A stretch of 64,000 nucleotides of DNA from Pseudomonadota bacterium. GTDB taxonomy: Bacteria > Pseudomonadota > Gammaproteobacteria > Burkholderiales > JABEVD01. Where the stretch lies: assembly GCA_021806605.1 (NCBI GenBank), contig JAJZQY010000004.1:28251-92250 (forward strand). Direction: 5' to 3'. The notes beneath the pieces are model-generated. The model searched no databases. It was not told where the DNA came from and saw only the letters and a program-made list of their open reading frames with translations. This document shows, one piece after another, positions 43,525-53,649 of the stretch; position 1 is the stretch's first letter, and every line of letters starts with the position of its first letter. The position numbers were made by a program, and so were the translations under genes.

Positions 43525-43962
43525 TTATGCCTTCACGATGTCCAGAGGTTGCGGCTGCTGCGCCGAATGGGGATGCTGGGGCCCGGCATAAACCTTGAGC
43601 TTCCTGAGCATCGCATAGCCCAGCGGGCCCTTGGGCAGCATGCCCTTGACGGCTTTCTGCAGCACTCTGCCGGGAAAGCGCGCATGCATCTTCGAGAAGC
43701 TCGTCGCATAAATGCCGCCGGGATAGCCGGTATGCCGGTAATAGATCTTGGCTTCCGGCTTGTTGCCCGTCACGCGCAGCTTGTCGGCGTTGATGACCAC
43801 GACATAATCGCCGGTATCGACATGGGGGGTATAGATAGCCTTGTGCTTGCCGCGCAAACGATGGGCGATCTGGGAGGCAAGGCGCCCCAGAACCTTGTCC
43901 GTTGCGTCGACCACGATCCAGTCGTGGGTTACCTCGTGGGGCTTAGCTGAAAATGTTTTCAT
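43525..43962 (-). CDS. rplM: 50S ribosomal protein L13
   Basis: The product shows [28 protein letters not shown]. Confidence 0.98.
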   Translation of the reverse strand: MKTFSAKPHEVTHDWIVVDATDKVLGRLASQIAHRLRGKHKAIYTPHVDTGDYVVVINADKLRVTGNKPEAKIYYRHTGYPGGIYATSFSKMHARFPGRVLQKAVKGMLPKGPLGYAMLRKLKVYAGPQHPHSAQQPQPLDIVKA

Positions 43963-44001
43963 GAAGCCAATCCTAGATACTTGAATTAGGGAAAGTTGCG
44001 A

Positions 44002-44031
44002 ATTCTATGCTAGATTCGCCGCTGATGTCAA
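44002..44031 (-). promoter_or_regulatory. Candidate sigma70 promoter for rplM-rpsI (TTGACA-N18-TAGAAT)
   Basis: The minus strand reads TTGACA tcagcggcgaatctagca TAGAAT, about 40 nt upstream of the rplM ATG. It overlaps the divergent DUF218 gene start. Confidence 0.45.
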
Positions 44032-44822
44032 TGGAAAAAAGCGAACTGATGAGCTGGATTGCGACACACCTGATCGGCGCCTGCCTGCTCCCACCGCTGA
44101 ACATGATTCTGCTGGGTGGGCTCGGGCTGCTTTTGCTGAAATCCAGACCCAGGCTCGGCAGGGGCCTCATCGCCCTGTCCTTGCTCGTTTTGTACCTTCT
44201 TTCGACGCCCTACGCATCCGACCGGGCAATGGCAATGTTCGAAGGGCCCTACATCCCCCCTTCCGGAAATGCCGGCGCAATCGTGGTTCTCGGCGGGGGA
44301 ACCTATTTCCGCGCGCCCGAATACGAGGGCAGGAATACCGTCAACCGGTGGGACCTGGAGCGGCTGCGCTATGCCGCGCACCTTTACCGGAAAACGGGAA
44401 AGCCGATCCTGGTCTCGGGCGGCCACCCCCTGGGCAACCCGGATTCCGAAGCCGCGCAGATGAAAGCCGTGCTGATCGAAGATTTCCACATCCCCGTCGC
44501 CTGGACGGAAGACGAATCGAGAAACACGGAAGAAAACGCCGCGAAAAGCTTCGCGATCCTGAAGCGGCAGAACATCCGCACCGTTTACCTCGTCACCCAG
44601 GCCTGGCACATGCCGAGGGCGGCGCTCCTGTTCAGACATGCGGGCTTCGCCGTCATTCCGGCGCCTGTCGGTCTTGCAACTTCATACCAAACCGGCCTGC
44701 TTTCGTTCGTGCCTTCGAGCGGATCCCTGATGCAGAGCGAAATTCTGCTGCACGAGCTCATCGGCATCGCCTGGTTTGAGTTAAAATCCCCGATATCGAA
44801 CCGGAGCCAGGAGAAACCATGA
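44007..44822 (+). CDS. YdcF/ElyC-family (DUF218) protein
   Basis: N-terminal TM segments are followed by DUF218 motifs (IVVLGGG, ILVSGG, NTEENA). Alternative in-frame ATGs lie 6 and 8 codons downstream. Confidence 0.8.
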   Translation: MLDSPLMSMEKSELMSWIATHLIGACLLPPLNMILLGGLGLLLLKSRPRLGRGLIALSLLVLYLLSTPYASDRAMAMFEGPYIPPSGNAGAIVVLGGGTYFRAPEYEGRNTVNRWDLERLRYAAHLYRKTGKPILVSGGHPLGNPDSEAAQMKAVLIEDFHIPVAWTEDESRNTEENAAKSFAILKRQNIRTVYLVTQAWHMPRAALLFRHAGFAVIPAPVGLATSYQTGLLSFVPSSGSLMQSEILLHELIGIAWFELKSPISNRSQEKP

Positions 44823-45235
44823 AAGCGCGCATCAAGTGGATCGAAAATGTCAGTTTCCTCGGGGAAACCGGAAGCGGCCATGCCGTGTTGATGGACGGGG
44901 CGCCCGAAGGGGGCGGGCGCAACCTGGGCCCTCGCCCGATGGAAATGCTGCTTGTCGGAACCGGCGGCTGCACCGCTTATGACGTGGTGCACATCCTGAA
45001 GAAGGGACGCCAGCCGATCTCCGATTGCGTGGTCGAAATCGACGCGGAGCGCGCTGAAGAAGACCCCAAGGTGTTCACCAAGATTCACCTCCATTTCATC
45101 GTCAAGGGGAAGGGCCTCAATCCCGTCCAGGTCGAGCGGGCGATTTCCCTTTCAGCCGAGAAATACTGCTCGGCATCGATCATGCTCGGCAAGACCGCGG
45201 ACATCACCCACGATTTCGAACTCGTTGAAGACTAG
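44819..45235 (+). CDS. OsmC-family peroxiredoxin-like protein
   Basis: The product shows RPMEMLLVGTGGCTAYDV and EKYCSAS, OsmC family motifs. The start overlaps the upstream stop (ATGA). Confidence 0.88.
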   Translation: MKARIKWIENVSFLGETGSGHAVLMDGAPEGGGRNLGPRPMEMLLVGTGGCTAYDVVHILKKGRQPISDCVVEIDAERAEEDPKVFTKIHLHFIVKGKGLNPVQVERAISLSAEKYCSASIMLGKTADITHDFELVED

Positions 45236-45275
45236 GGCCTCCGATGTGCGCGCACCGGACAAGTGTTAACAGGCT

Positions 45276-45905
45276 CTAGGCAAGCTTAGAGACGTCGATC
45301 ACAAAATCCTCTTCCGGATCGAAGGGGACCACATCGAGCAGCGGCGCATCGATCCGCCCTATTATGGCTTCCAGCACCTCATCGAAAGCCTGCATGCCGG
45401 GGTCCATCCTGTTCGCCACCCATCCTGCGAGCTCAAGCCCCCTCGATTTCACGGCATCCCTGGTCAGAAGCGCGTGGTTGATCGCCCCGAGCCTCATGCC
45501 GACGACGAGTATCACAGGCAGGCCCAGCATGCGCGCAAGATCCGAAGTGTCCTGCTCTTCGTTGAGCGGAACGAGAAAACCGCCGATTCCCTCGACGATC
45601 ACGATGTCCGCCCAGATATTTTCATAGGCGCGAACGATGGTTCCGGCATCGATCGCAACCCCAGCGCGCCGCGCGGCGATATGGGGCGCCAGCGGATCGG
45701 GCAGATCGTAAGGATTGGCGAGATCGGGCGGGACCGGCAGCGAGCCTGCCGCGGCAAGCCTCGCAGCATCGTCCCCCCCGGAGCTGACCGGCTTCATTCC
45801 CGCCGATGCCAGGCCCAGCCTCGAAAAGGAGCGCAGCAGTGCGCAGCTCACCGTGGTCTTGCCGATTCCCGTGTCCGTTCCGGTGACGAAGTATCCGCGT
45901 TTCAT
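45276..45905 (-). CDS. bioD: Dethiobiotin synthase
   Basis: The product shows FVTGTDTGIGKT and EGIGG. Confidence 0.93.
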   Translation of the reverse strand: MKRGYFVTGTDTGIGKTTVSCALLRSFSRLGLASAGMKPVSSGGDDAARLAAAGSLPVPPDLANPYDLPDPLAPHIAARRAGVAIDAGTIVRAYENIWADIVIVEGIGGFLVPLNEEQDTSDLARMLGLPVILVVGMRLGAINHALLTRDAVKSRGLELAGWVANRMDPGMQAFDEVLEAIIGRIDAPLLDVVPFDPEEDFVIDVSKLA

Positions 45906-46768
45906 TTGGGCTTTGCCGCAAACTGGATGACCTTGCTGCCTTCCGGAAGAGCGCTCTGCTCCGGCTTCCAGGCATGCCCGTAGACCACCTCGAAAGTCGC
46001 GGGCAGCCTGCCATCCCGCCTCATGGATTCGTAGTTTTCAACCAGCCTGCCCCACGCGGATTTCCCGAAAAGGCCGCGCGGCCTGCCCTGAAGCGCATTG
46101 TGGGCGCCGATCGCCTTGAGGTCGTGCATCACCCCCCTGACATCCTGATAAGTCAGGGTAATGCACTCCATGTCCATGACTGGAATGGCGAAACCGGAAT
46201 GCAGCAATGCGTCCCCGATGTCGTGCATGTCGACGAAGCGGTTGACGTGGGCATGGGAATCGGGAAAAGCCCGGCGCAATTCCTTCAGGGTATCCGGGCC
46301 GAAAGTGCTGAACATGAACAGCCCCTGGGGCTTCATGATGCGGCTTATTTCGGAAAGGGCCGCATTCAGGTCGCTGCACCACTGCAGGGCGAGATTCGAC
46401 CAGACCATGTCCACGCTGGAGGACTTGAGCGGCAGGTTTTCGATGTCGCCGCAGACCTGGGGCGCGGCTTCCGAAAAGGGCTTCTTCCACCAGGGAACTT
46501 CCGGGCGCGCCTTGAGCAGCATGGCAAGGGACAGATCCAGTTCGACGATGGCCGCATCGGGGTAGATTCTGCCGAGATCGCGCCTGCCCTTTCCGGTCCC
46601 CGATCCCGCATCGAGTATCGTCTTCGGGCTTATATTCACGTAATCGAGCCGGGAGAGCATGCGCTCCCCCACTTCTCTCTGCAGGACGGCAGCGCTATCG
46701 TAACTTTGCGCGGCCCTGTCGAAAGCGCGCCTGACCAGGCGCTTGTCGGCAACATAATCAGTATTCAT
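45902..46768 (-). CDS. bioC: Malonyl-ACP O-methyltransferase
   Basis: The product shows RAFDRAAQSYDSAAVLQREV and the SAM motif LDAGSGTG. Confidence 0.9.
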   Translation of the reverse strand: MNTDYVADKRLVRRAFDRAAQSYDSAAVLQREVGERMLSRLDYVNISPKTILDAGSGTGKGRRDLGRIYPDAAIVELDLSLAMLLKARPEVPWWKKPFSEAAPQVCGDIENLPLKSSSVDMVWSNLALQWCSDLNAALSEISRIMKPQGLFMFSTFGPDTLKELRRAFPDSHAHVNRFVDMHDIGDALLHSGFAIPVMDMECITLTYQDVRGVMHDLKAIGAHNALQGRPRGLFGKSAWGRLVENYESMRRDGRLPATFEVVYGHAWKPEQSALPEGSKVIQFAAKPK

Positions 46769-47504
46769 CGAAAAATTCCGTCAATTTCGAAACGAAGCCC
46801 CCGGGATGCGAAATGAAAGGGGCGTGCGCGCATCCGGAAATCTTTTCCAGTTTTCCGTCTGGCATGTTCTCGGCGAGCCATTTTCCTGCCGCCAGCGGCG
46901 TCAGCCTGTCGCATTCTCCGTGCAGCACCAGCGCGGGCCGGGCAACGGACTGGGCAGTCTTCCTCAAGTCCGAATTCAGCAAAAGGTCGAGGCCTTTCTT
47001 CAAGGCTGCCATTTCGGTTCTTTCCAGGCAATCCTGCAGCTTTCTGAAAATTCCGGGGGCATCCTCTCCGCCCCGGGCCTGAAGAAACAGGAAGCGCTTC
47101 AATGTCGCCTCAGGGTCACTCTCAAGGGCATCGGCAAACTCCGCGAAAGTCCCTTCGGGAATGCCGTGCGCCCAGTCCTCCCTGGAAACGAAGCTGGGGG
47201 TGCTGGAAACGAGCGCGAGCCGCCCGATCCGCTCCGGATATCTTTGCGTCCATTGCAAGGCAAGCTGCCCGCCGAGGGACCAGCCGCACAAAGAAACCTC
47301 GGAAGGAAAGGCCTGCGCCAGAACTTCGACCCAGTCGCCGCTGCAATGCCCGCTCGATCCATGCCCGGGAAGATCGACCCGGTGCACCCTGAATTCTTGC
47401 GCAAGCCCGCGGAACACCGGATCCCAGCATTTGCCGGACATTCCCCAGCCGTGGAGCAGGACGACATCCCTGCCCTTTCCCTCGCTTTCAACATGCAGAT
47501 GCAT
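46758..47504 (-). CDS. bioH: Pimeloyl-ACP methyl ester esterase (alpha/beta hydrolase)
   Basis: The product shows VLLHGWG and the nucleophile elbow GWSLGG. Its position is between bioF and bioC. Confidence 0.85.
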   Translation of the reverse strand: MHLHVESEGKGRDVVLLHGWGMSGKCWDPVFRGLAQEFRVHRVDLPGHGSSGHCSGDWVEVLAQAFPSEVSLCGWSLGGQLALQWTQRYPERIGRLALVSSTPSFVSREDWAHGIPEGTFAEFADALESDPEATLKRFLFLQARGGEDAPGIFRKLQDCLERTEMAALKKGLDLLLNSDLRKTAQSVARPALVLHGECDRLTPLAAGKWLAENMPDGKLEKISGCAHAPFISHPGGFVSKLTEFFDEY

Positions 47505-48630
47505 TTTTCAGCGCCGCAATCAGGCGATCCAGATCTTCGAAGGTGTGCGCGGCGGAAAGCGAGATCCGCAGCCTCGCGCTGCCTTTCGGCACCGTGGGGG
47601 GGCGGATGGCAGGAACGATCATGCCTTCCTCCTGCAATCGGGCGCTGAGCGCCATGCAGGCTTCGTTTTCGCCCACGACAAAAGGCTGGATCGGCGTATC
47701 CGACGGCAGCAGCGCCGATTTCAAATGCGATTTGAGATGATCGGCAAGCTTAAGCAGCCGCTCCCTTCTCCAGGATTCCGCCCCGATCAGCTTCAGGCTC
47801 GCAAGCAGCGCCTCCGCCAGCATGGGCGGTTGGGCGGTCGTGTAGACATAGCTCCTTGCGCGCTGCACCAGCATTTGCACCATGTCGACTCCCCCCGCGA
47901 CGAAGGCCCCGGCCACGCCCGCCGCCTTGCCGAGCGTTCCCACGTAAACGATGCGGGGGGAAGAGATGCCGAAATGGGAAAGGATGCCGCCGCCGCTTTC
48001 CCCGAGCACGCCGAAGCCGTGCGCATCGTCCAGCAGCAGCGCAGCATCGTACCTTTCGCAAAGCTCGAGCATTTTCGGCACAGGCGCGATGTCGCCGTCC
48101 ATGCTGAACACGGCATCCGTCACGACGAGCTTGCGCCTTTTCCCTTCCCTGGCGAGAAGGGATTCCAGCGCAGCCATGTCCAGATGCGGATAACGGCGAA
48201 GTTTCGCCCTGGAAAGCAGGGCCGCATCGTTGAGGGAAGCATGATTGAGCCTGTCGCAAAAAATCGCGTCGTTTCTTCCTGCCAGGATCGAGATCGCCCC
48301 GATGTTGGCCATGTATCCGGTGGAGAAAAGCAGCGCGGCAGGCAATCCCACGAATTCGGCCAGCGCCTGTTCGGCCGCCTCATGCGCACTGCCATGGCCG
48401 CAAAGCAGATGGGAAGCGCCGGCCCCCACGCCGAACCGCCTCGCCCCCGAGCAGGCTGCCTCGATCAAATCGGGATGATTGGCGAGCCCGAGATAGTCGT
48501 TGCTGCAATAGCTCGTGCAGGCTTTGCCGTCGACCTGAACGCGCACGCCCTGGGGTCCCTCCAGGGTACGGCGGCGGCGCAGGAGGCCGCTTTGCTCCAG
48601 TTGGTCGAGTTCAGCCCTGAAAGAATGCAT
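47488..48630 (-). CDS. bioF: 8-amino-7-oxononanoate synthase
   Basis: The internal ATG at 48630 of track ORF 47488..49272 is used. The product shows SNDYLGL and the PLP-lysine region GTLGKAAG. Confidence 0.93.
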   Translation of the reverse strand: MHSFRAELDQLEQSGLLRRRRTLEGPQGVRVQVDGKACTSYCSNDYLGLANHPDLIEAACSGARRFGVGAGASHLLCGHGSAHEAAEQALAEFVGLPAALLFSTGYMANIGAISILAGRNDAIFCDRLNHASLNDAALLSRAKLRRYPHLDMAALESLLAREGKRRKLVVTDAVFSMDGDIAPVPKMLELCERYDAALLLDDAHGFGVLGESGGGILSHFGISSPRIVYVGTLGKAAGVAGAFVAGGVDMVQMLVQRARSYVYTTAQPPMLAEALLASLKLIGAESWRRERLLKLADHLKSHLKSALLPSDTPIQPFVVGENEACMALSARLQEEGMIVPAIRPPTVPKGSARLRISLSAAHTFEDLDRLIAALKNASAC

Positions 48631-48632
48631 GG

Positions 48633-49577
48633 TCACATTGCATGCATGCCGAGCTTGTCGAGCAGAGCCCTGTCCCTTTCGACTTCGGGGTTGCCTGTCG
48701 TCAGCAGTTTCTCGCCGTAGAATATCGAGTTCGCCCCGGCAAGAAAGCACAATGCCTGGGTCGATTCGCTCATCTGCTGGCGGCCTGCGGAAAGGCGAAC
48801 GAAGCTTTTCGGCATGGTGATCCTGGCTGCAGCTATGGTTCTCACGAATTCGAGGTGGTCGAGCGGATCGGTTCCGTAAAGCGGCGTACCTTCGACCTGA
48901 ACAAGATTGTTGATCGGCACGCTCTCCGGCTGGGGAAACTGGTTGGCGAGTTCCGCGATCAGTTCGGCGCGCGCCTCTCTGGTTTCCCCCATGCCCACGA
49001 TTGCGCCGCAGCATACATTGATCCCGGCGCGCCTGACTTTCGACAGGGTATCCAGCCTGTCCCCGTAATCCCGGGTTGAAACGATCTCCTCGTAATGCCG
49101 GCGGGAAGTGTCGATGTTGTGGTTGTAGTAATCGAGGCCGGCCTCCTTGAGCTGCTCCGCCTGCCCTTCTTTCAGCATGCCGAGCGTCGCGCAGGTCTCG
49201 AGCCCCAGTTCCCTGACCGCCCTGACCATCTCGGTCACGGCATCGAGATCCTTCTGCTTCGGCCCGCGCCATGCCGCCCCCATGCAGAACCGGCTGGCGC
49301 CGTTATCCCGTGCGGCTCTTGCGGCAGCCAGGACTTCTTCCAGGGAGAGCATGGGCTGATTTTCGACGACGGTATCGTGCCGGGCGGACTGGGAGCAATA
49401 GCCGCAATCCTCGGAGCACCCTCCCGTCTTGATCGAAACCAGGGTGGAAAGCTGGATGCCGTTGGGATCGAAATGCTCCCTGTGAATGCTTTGCGCCCTG
49501 TAGATGAGGTCGCTGAAAGGAAGCCCGAAAAGACCGAGCACCTCCGATACCTCCCATTTTTTCGAATCCGTCTCCAT
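48633..49577 (-). CDS. bioB: Biotin synthase
   Basis: The radical-SAM motif is [11 protein letters not shown]. The product is 314 aa long. Confidence 0.97.
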   Translation of the reverse strand: METDSKKWEVSEVLGLFGLPFSDLIYRAQSIHREHFDPNGIQLSTLVSIKTGGCSEDCGYCSQSARHDTVVENQPMLSLEEVLAAARAARDNGASRFCMGAAWRGPKQKDLDAVTEMVRAVRELGLETCATLGMLKEGQAEQLKEAGLDYYNHNIDTSRRHYEEIVSTRDYGDRLDTLSKVRRAGINVCCGAIVGMGETREARAELIAELANQFPQPESVPINNLVQVEGTPLYGTDPLDHLEFVRTIAAARITMPKSFVRLSAGRQQMSESTQALCFLAGANSIFYGEKLLTTGNPEVERDRALLDKLGMHAM

Positions 49578-49650
49578 GCGATTTTCCCAATCCGTCCTAA
49601 GATGCAGGAATCATCGACGATCGGATGCCGAATTGTCAAATCCAGCCAGG

Positions 49651-50340
49651 ATGTTTTTGAACAACTGCTCAAAATTCAGGCAGAATCTTTTCGGGACCGA
49701 CTGCCTGCTGTGCGGCGCCACTTCCGGATCGGAAAACATCTGTCCCGCCTGCCTCGCCCATCTCCCCTATCTGCGAGGAAGCCGGTGCAGGATTTGCGCA
49801 AACCCGACCGCAGGCCCCGTATGCGGAACCTGTCTGGCAAAGACGCCGCATTTTTCCCGCACCCTGGCAGTGTTCAGCTACGAATTCCCGGTCGATGCGC
49901 TGATCCAGTCCCTCAAGTACCGCGAGAATCTCGCGCTGTCCTCGACATTTGCGCAAATGCTGATGCAGGCCTCAGGCAGCTATCCCAGGCCGGATTTCAT
50001 CGTGCCGGTTCCCCTTCATCCGTCGAGGCTGCGCGAGCGCGGATTCAATCAGGCCATGGAAATCGCAAGGCATATCTCGGGGAAAACCGGGATCGCCCTG
50101 ATCGAATGCAGCAAAATCAGGGATACTCCTTCCCAGACTTCGCTTCCCTGGGCAGCTCGGAAAGAAAATGTCAGGGATGCGTTTTCCTGCGAGTCCGCCC
50201 TGGAGTCAGCTCATGTCGCCATCATCGACGATGTCATGACCACGGGCTCGACGCTCGACGAACTGGCGAAAACCCTGCTCAAGCAGGGCGCGAAGGAGGT
50301 GAGCGCCTGGGTGGTAGCGCGCGCCGTCAAGTCAGTCTGA
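49651..50340 (+). CDS. comF: ComF-family phosphoribosyltransferase-like protein
   Basis: The ATG at 49651 is used. The N-terminus has Cys pairs (CLLCG, CPAC, CRIC, CGTC) and the C-terminus has a PRTase motif (IIDDVMTTGST). Confidence 0.85.
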   Translation: MFLNNCSKFRQNLFGTDCLLCGATSGSENICPACLAHLPYLRGSRCRICANPTAGPVCGTCLAKTPHFSRTLAVFSYEFPVDALIQSLKYRENLALSSTFAQMLMQASGSYPRPDFIVPVPLHPSRLRERGFNQAMEIARHISGKTGIALIECSKIRDTPSQTSLPWAARKENVRDAFSCESALESAHVAIIDDVMTTGSTLDELAKTLLKQGAKEVSAWVVARAVKSV

Positions 50341-52611
50341 CGATTCCGTAACAGGCACGTTGGTTTTGGTAAAGCCGGGTATGCTGTCCCTGAGCGCCTG
50401 CAGGGGATCGGACCCTATCCTCGCCATGCCGTTGAGTTCGAGCTGAATGAAGAACATGCTCGCAGTCTCCTGGTAGGCGATGGCGAAGCGCTTGGTGACG
50501 ATGCGCAGCGCCCAGCAATCGGCATCGTATTCGACCCCGGCGGTTCCTTCGAGCAATTGCCTGTTGGCCAGCGAATAATTCCATCGACCCACGCCGTGCC
50601 ATCGCCCCATCAACGGCCATTGGCCGGATATGTCGACCTGATTGAGCGCAAAACCCTGGGCCGCCACCGCAGCCGGCAGGGCGGTTGTAAGCGCCGGAGC
50701 ATTGGAAACCCCGTAGGCATAATAGGAAAGCGGCAGAACCGTCCGATTGAAAAGATAACCCAGGTTGAGCAGCTTGCCGATTTCGGGCGAATAGTGCGCA
50801 TAGAAGCTGACAAACTGGGTCTGCCAGGCTCCCGGGGTGACCTGAACATAGCTGTCGAGGCTCAGCTCCTTGCTCACCGCTCCGCCTACGCTCGCGATCA
50901 CGTCCGATGTGGAGGTCGTCACTGGAATCATTTGCGGCGATTGCAGATAGAATCGCTGCGCAAGCGTCATCCTCAGGCGCTCATCCCCGGTGTTTTCCTC
51001 GATGAAGCGGGATGTCATCGCCAACGTAAGCTGGTTCGCATCGCTGAACCTGTCGTTTCCGCTGAACTGGTTTTCGGTGAACATCTGCGCGTAAGTGAAA
51101 TCCATGGGCGCGGAATCGAAGTTCGGCAGATTGTTCTGATTCCGGTAGGGCACATAGACATAATAGGCTCTCGGCTCCAGCGTCTGAACCAGGTCCTGCC
51201 GCCCCATGGGATCGCTCTTTTCGAAAAAGAGGCCGCTGTCGACGCTGACATAGGGAATGTTGACCGTCGCATTGGGAAGATTGCTGGTATTGTTCGCTCC
51301 CAGCGAATAGCTCACGCTGTGAAAGCCCAGTTTGGGGGTAAAGAAGGCGGCCGCACTGCGCACCGGATAGGTGACGGTCGGATTGATTGCCAGTCTTTTG
51401 CCGTCGACGAATATCGGATGGCTGAAATCGTCGTATTCCCCGTTGAAAACCACGTTCGCCCCGTCCACGTTATCCTTGCTTGCGCCCAGCAGCAGTTGCG
51501 GCAGGGAGGCATAGGGCGCGATGACCGGCACCAGCGGATTGGACAGGGTCTGATAATTCTGCACCCTGGAAGTGAAGCTCCATCCCTGTCCGCTGTAGGT
51601 CAGATGCCCTTCCCTGGGCAGAACGCTCTGGGAAGTCATGGTCATCAACGGGGAAAGATCGAGGTAATAGTAGCTGTCTGAAACCTGCTGCAGATTAAAT
51701 TCGCCAGACCACCCATCGCCGAAATTCTGGTTGTGCAGAATGTTCGCCTCCTCACGCGTCGTTCCCGTGATGTTGTCCCTGGGCAGGATATTGAAGTGCG
51801 CAATGCCGGAATAGTTCGGCTCGAGATAGCGAAATTCGGTATTGAGCATTTCTCCCCGCTTCATCAGGACGCGAGGGGCAATCGTTGCATCGTAGTTGGG
51901 GGCGATGTTCCAGTAGTAGGGAACGGTAAGTTCCTCGCCGCCGGAAGCCGTGCTGCCGAAAACCGGCGCAAGAAAACCTGACCTTCTCCGGTTACCCGTC
52001 GGGAAATCCATCCAGGGCGCATAGAGAATGGGCTCTCCCTTGAATGAAATCGTCGCATCATGGGCTATGCCGACCTGGCTCGCCTGGTCGAGATCCAGTT
52101 CGCCGACCTTCAGGAACCAGTCGTCGTTCCCCACCGGGCAGGTGGTATAAATCGCCTTGTGCAGCCGATACTTGTCCTTGCCGGTGAATTCCAGCTTGTC
52201 CGCATGGCCGCGACCGCCATTGGCCATGCGGTATACCGGCTGATCCATGAAGCCGATATTGCTTTTGACCTGCAGCTGCAGCGTGGGGCCGTCCATGGTG
52301 CTGCCATTTTGTTCGACACGGACATGGCCATGCCCCAGAATCTCGTCGCTCGCCTGAAGGTACTTGAGCCAGTCGGCAACGATCGACTGGCCGCGCTTCC
52401 TCATCTCGGCATGACCTATCGCGATCATGTCTACATCCTGATGTCCCTGCACGCGATCTCCCCTGATGAACAACGGCACGTCCTCGCCGTTGTCCGGAGG
52501 AGGGAGCATCTCGCTGGTCAGCCCGAGCGGCAGCCCTTCATCTGCAAAGGCGGTTACGGAAAGCATGCATAAAAGGGAGAGGATGGCAGGCTTGAGGCGA
52601 AATTTATGCAT
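50332..52611 (-). CDS. lptD: LPS-assembly outer-membrane protein LptD
   Basis: The internal ATG at 52611 of track ORF 50332..53706 gives a signal peptide (MHKFRLKPAILSLLCMLSVTAFA). OstA-like N-domain and barrel motifs are present (RRSGFLAPVFG, YYWNIAPNYD). Confidence 0.93.
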   Translation of the reverse strand: MHKFRLKPAILSLLCMLSVTAFADEGLPLGLTSEMLPPPDNGEDVPLFIRGDRVQGHQDVDMIAIGHAEMRKRGQSIVADWLKYLQASDEILGHGHVRVEQNGSTMDGPTLQLQVKSNIGFMDQPVYRMANGGRGHADKLEFTGKDKYRLHKAIYTTCPVGNDDWFLKVGELDLDQASQVGIAHDATISFKGEPILYAPWMDFPTGNRRRSGFLAPVFGSTASGGEELTVPYYWNIAPNYDATIAPRVLMKRGEMLNTEFRYLEPNYSGIAHFNILPRDNITGTTREEANILHNQNFGDGWSGEFNLQQVSDSYYYLDLSPLMTMTSQSVLPREGHLTYSGQGWSFTSRVQNYQTLSNPLVPVIAPYASLPQLLLGASKDNVDGANVVFNGEYDDFSHPIFVDGKRLAINPTVTYPVRSAAAFFTPKLGFHSVSYSLGANNTSNLPNATVNIPYVSVDSGLFFEKSDPMGRQDLVQTLEPRAYYVYVPYRNQNNLPNFDSAPMDFTYAQMFTENQFSGNDRFSDANQLTLAMTSRFIEENTGDERLRMTLAQRFYLQSPQMIPVTTSTSDVIASVGGAVSKELSLDSYVQVTPGAWQTQFVSFYAHYSPEIGKLLNLGYLFNRTVLPLSYYAYGVSNAPALTTALPAAVAAQGFALNQVDISGQWPLMGRWHGVGRWNYSLANRQLLEGTAGVEYDADCWALRIVTKRFAIAYQETASMFFIQLELNGMARIGSDPLQALRDSIPGFTKTNVPVTESSD

Positions 52612-52659
52612 CGGAATCGGATTGATTGTTTGGTGATAAAATCGCACAATTTCACCATT

Positions 52660-53649
52660 ATGGCAATCGCATTGGAAAGACGGCAGATCATCGAATCCTG
52701 GCTGGAAGACCAGTTCCCGGACCAGCCTTTCGCGCTCGAGGCGGCATCGGAAGATGCCAGTTTCCGCCGCTATTTCCGGGCGATCTTCGCGGACCGATCG
52801 CTGATCGTGATGGATGCCCCGCCCGCCCATGAGGACTGCCGCCCCTTCGTCCGCATTGCGCAAATTTTCGGAGAAGCCGGAGTCAATCTGCCCCGGGTGA
52901 TTTCGCAGGATCTCGAAAGGGGATTCCTGCTTTTGAGCGATCTGGGCAGCACGACCTATCTGGAAGTCCTCGACGAAAGCAATGCCGATGCGCTTTACGG
53001 CGATGCGGTGGACGCCCTCGTCAAGATCCAGCTTGCCAGCCGCCCCGGCGTGCTTCCCGAATACGATGAAGCCCTGCTCAGGCGCGAAATGGGGCTTTTT
53101 CCCGAATGGTATCTCGGCAGGCACCTTGGCGCCGAACCCGGAGAAAAACAGGCGACGATTCTGGAGCAGGCATTTTCCTGCCTGGTCAGAAACAACCTTT
53201 CCCAGCCCAGGGTCTATGTCCACCGAGATTACCATTCGCGCAACCTGATGCTGACCCATCCCAATCCGGGCATTCTGGACTTCCAGGACGCAGTCTACGG
53301 TCCCATTACCTACGACCTCGTTTCGCTTTTCAGGGATGCCTATATCGCCTGGGAGGAGGAACGGGTGCTGGACTGGGTCATCCGCTACTGGGAAAAGGCG
53401 AGAAAGGCCGGCCTGCCGGTCACTTCCGACTTCGCGGAATTCTACCGGGACTTCGAATGGATGGGCGCGCAGCGCCAGCTCAAGGTCGTCGGAATTTTCT
53501 CGCGCCTCCATCATCGCGACGGGAAGGCGCGTTACCTCGACGACATTCCGCTCGTGCTTTCCTATCTGAAGAAAACCTGCGCGCGCTATGCCGAACTCTC
53601 CCCCGTATTGCGGCTCGTCGACAAAATCGAAGTGAGAACCACCTTTTGA
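52660..53649 (+). CDS. amgK: N-acetylmuramate/N-acetylglucosamine kinase AmgK (phosphotransferase family)
   Basis: The ATG at 52660 is used. APH-like motifs are [10 protein letters not shown] and ILDFQDA. The gene is divergent from lptD and coupled to murU, as in Pseudomonas. Confidence 0.8.
   Translation: MAIALERRQIIESWLEDQFPDQPFALEAASEDASFRRYFRAIFADRSLIVMDAPPAHEDCRPFVRIAQIFGEAGVNLPRVISQDLERGFLLLSDLGSTTYLEVLDESNADALYGDAVDALVKIQLASRPGVLPEYDEALLRREMGLFPEWYLGRHLGAEPGEKQATILEQAFSCLVRNNLSQPRVYVHRDYHSRNLMLTHPNPGILDFQDAVYGPITYDLVSLFRDAYIAWEEERVLDWVIRYWEKARKAGLPVTSDFAEFYRDFEWMGAQRQLKVVGIFSRLHHRDGKARYLDDIPLVLSYLKKTCARYAELSPVLRLVDKIEVRTTF

Noticed and set aside
45247-45256. The palindrome GTGCGCGCAC and flanking CTAG(G/A)GCCT inverted repeat between osmC and bioD, considered as a terminator or protein-binding site
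   Set aside because: There is no loop for the central palindrome and no U-tract. The outer repeat is imperfect and far apart. The evidence is insufficient to call a feature.
49564-49650. A direct repeat AATCCGTC (x2) and TTGTCAAATCC near the bioB start, considered as a BirA/bioO operator
   Set aside because: One repeat copy is inside the bioB coding sequence. No inverted-repeat partner for the TTGTCAAATCC half-site is present, so the arrangement does not resemble the known bioO architecture.
52606-52659. The upstream ATG start for amgK at 52606 given by the ORF track
   Set aside because: It would overlap the lptD start codon region and add a non-conserved MHRNRIDCLVIKSHNFTI peptide. The ATG at 52660 gives a homologue-like N-terminus.
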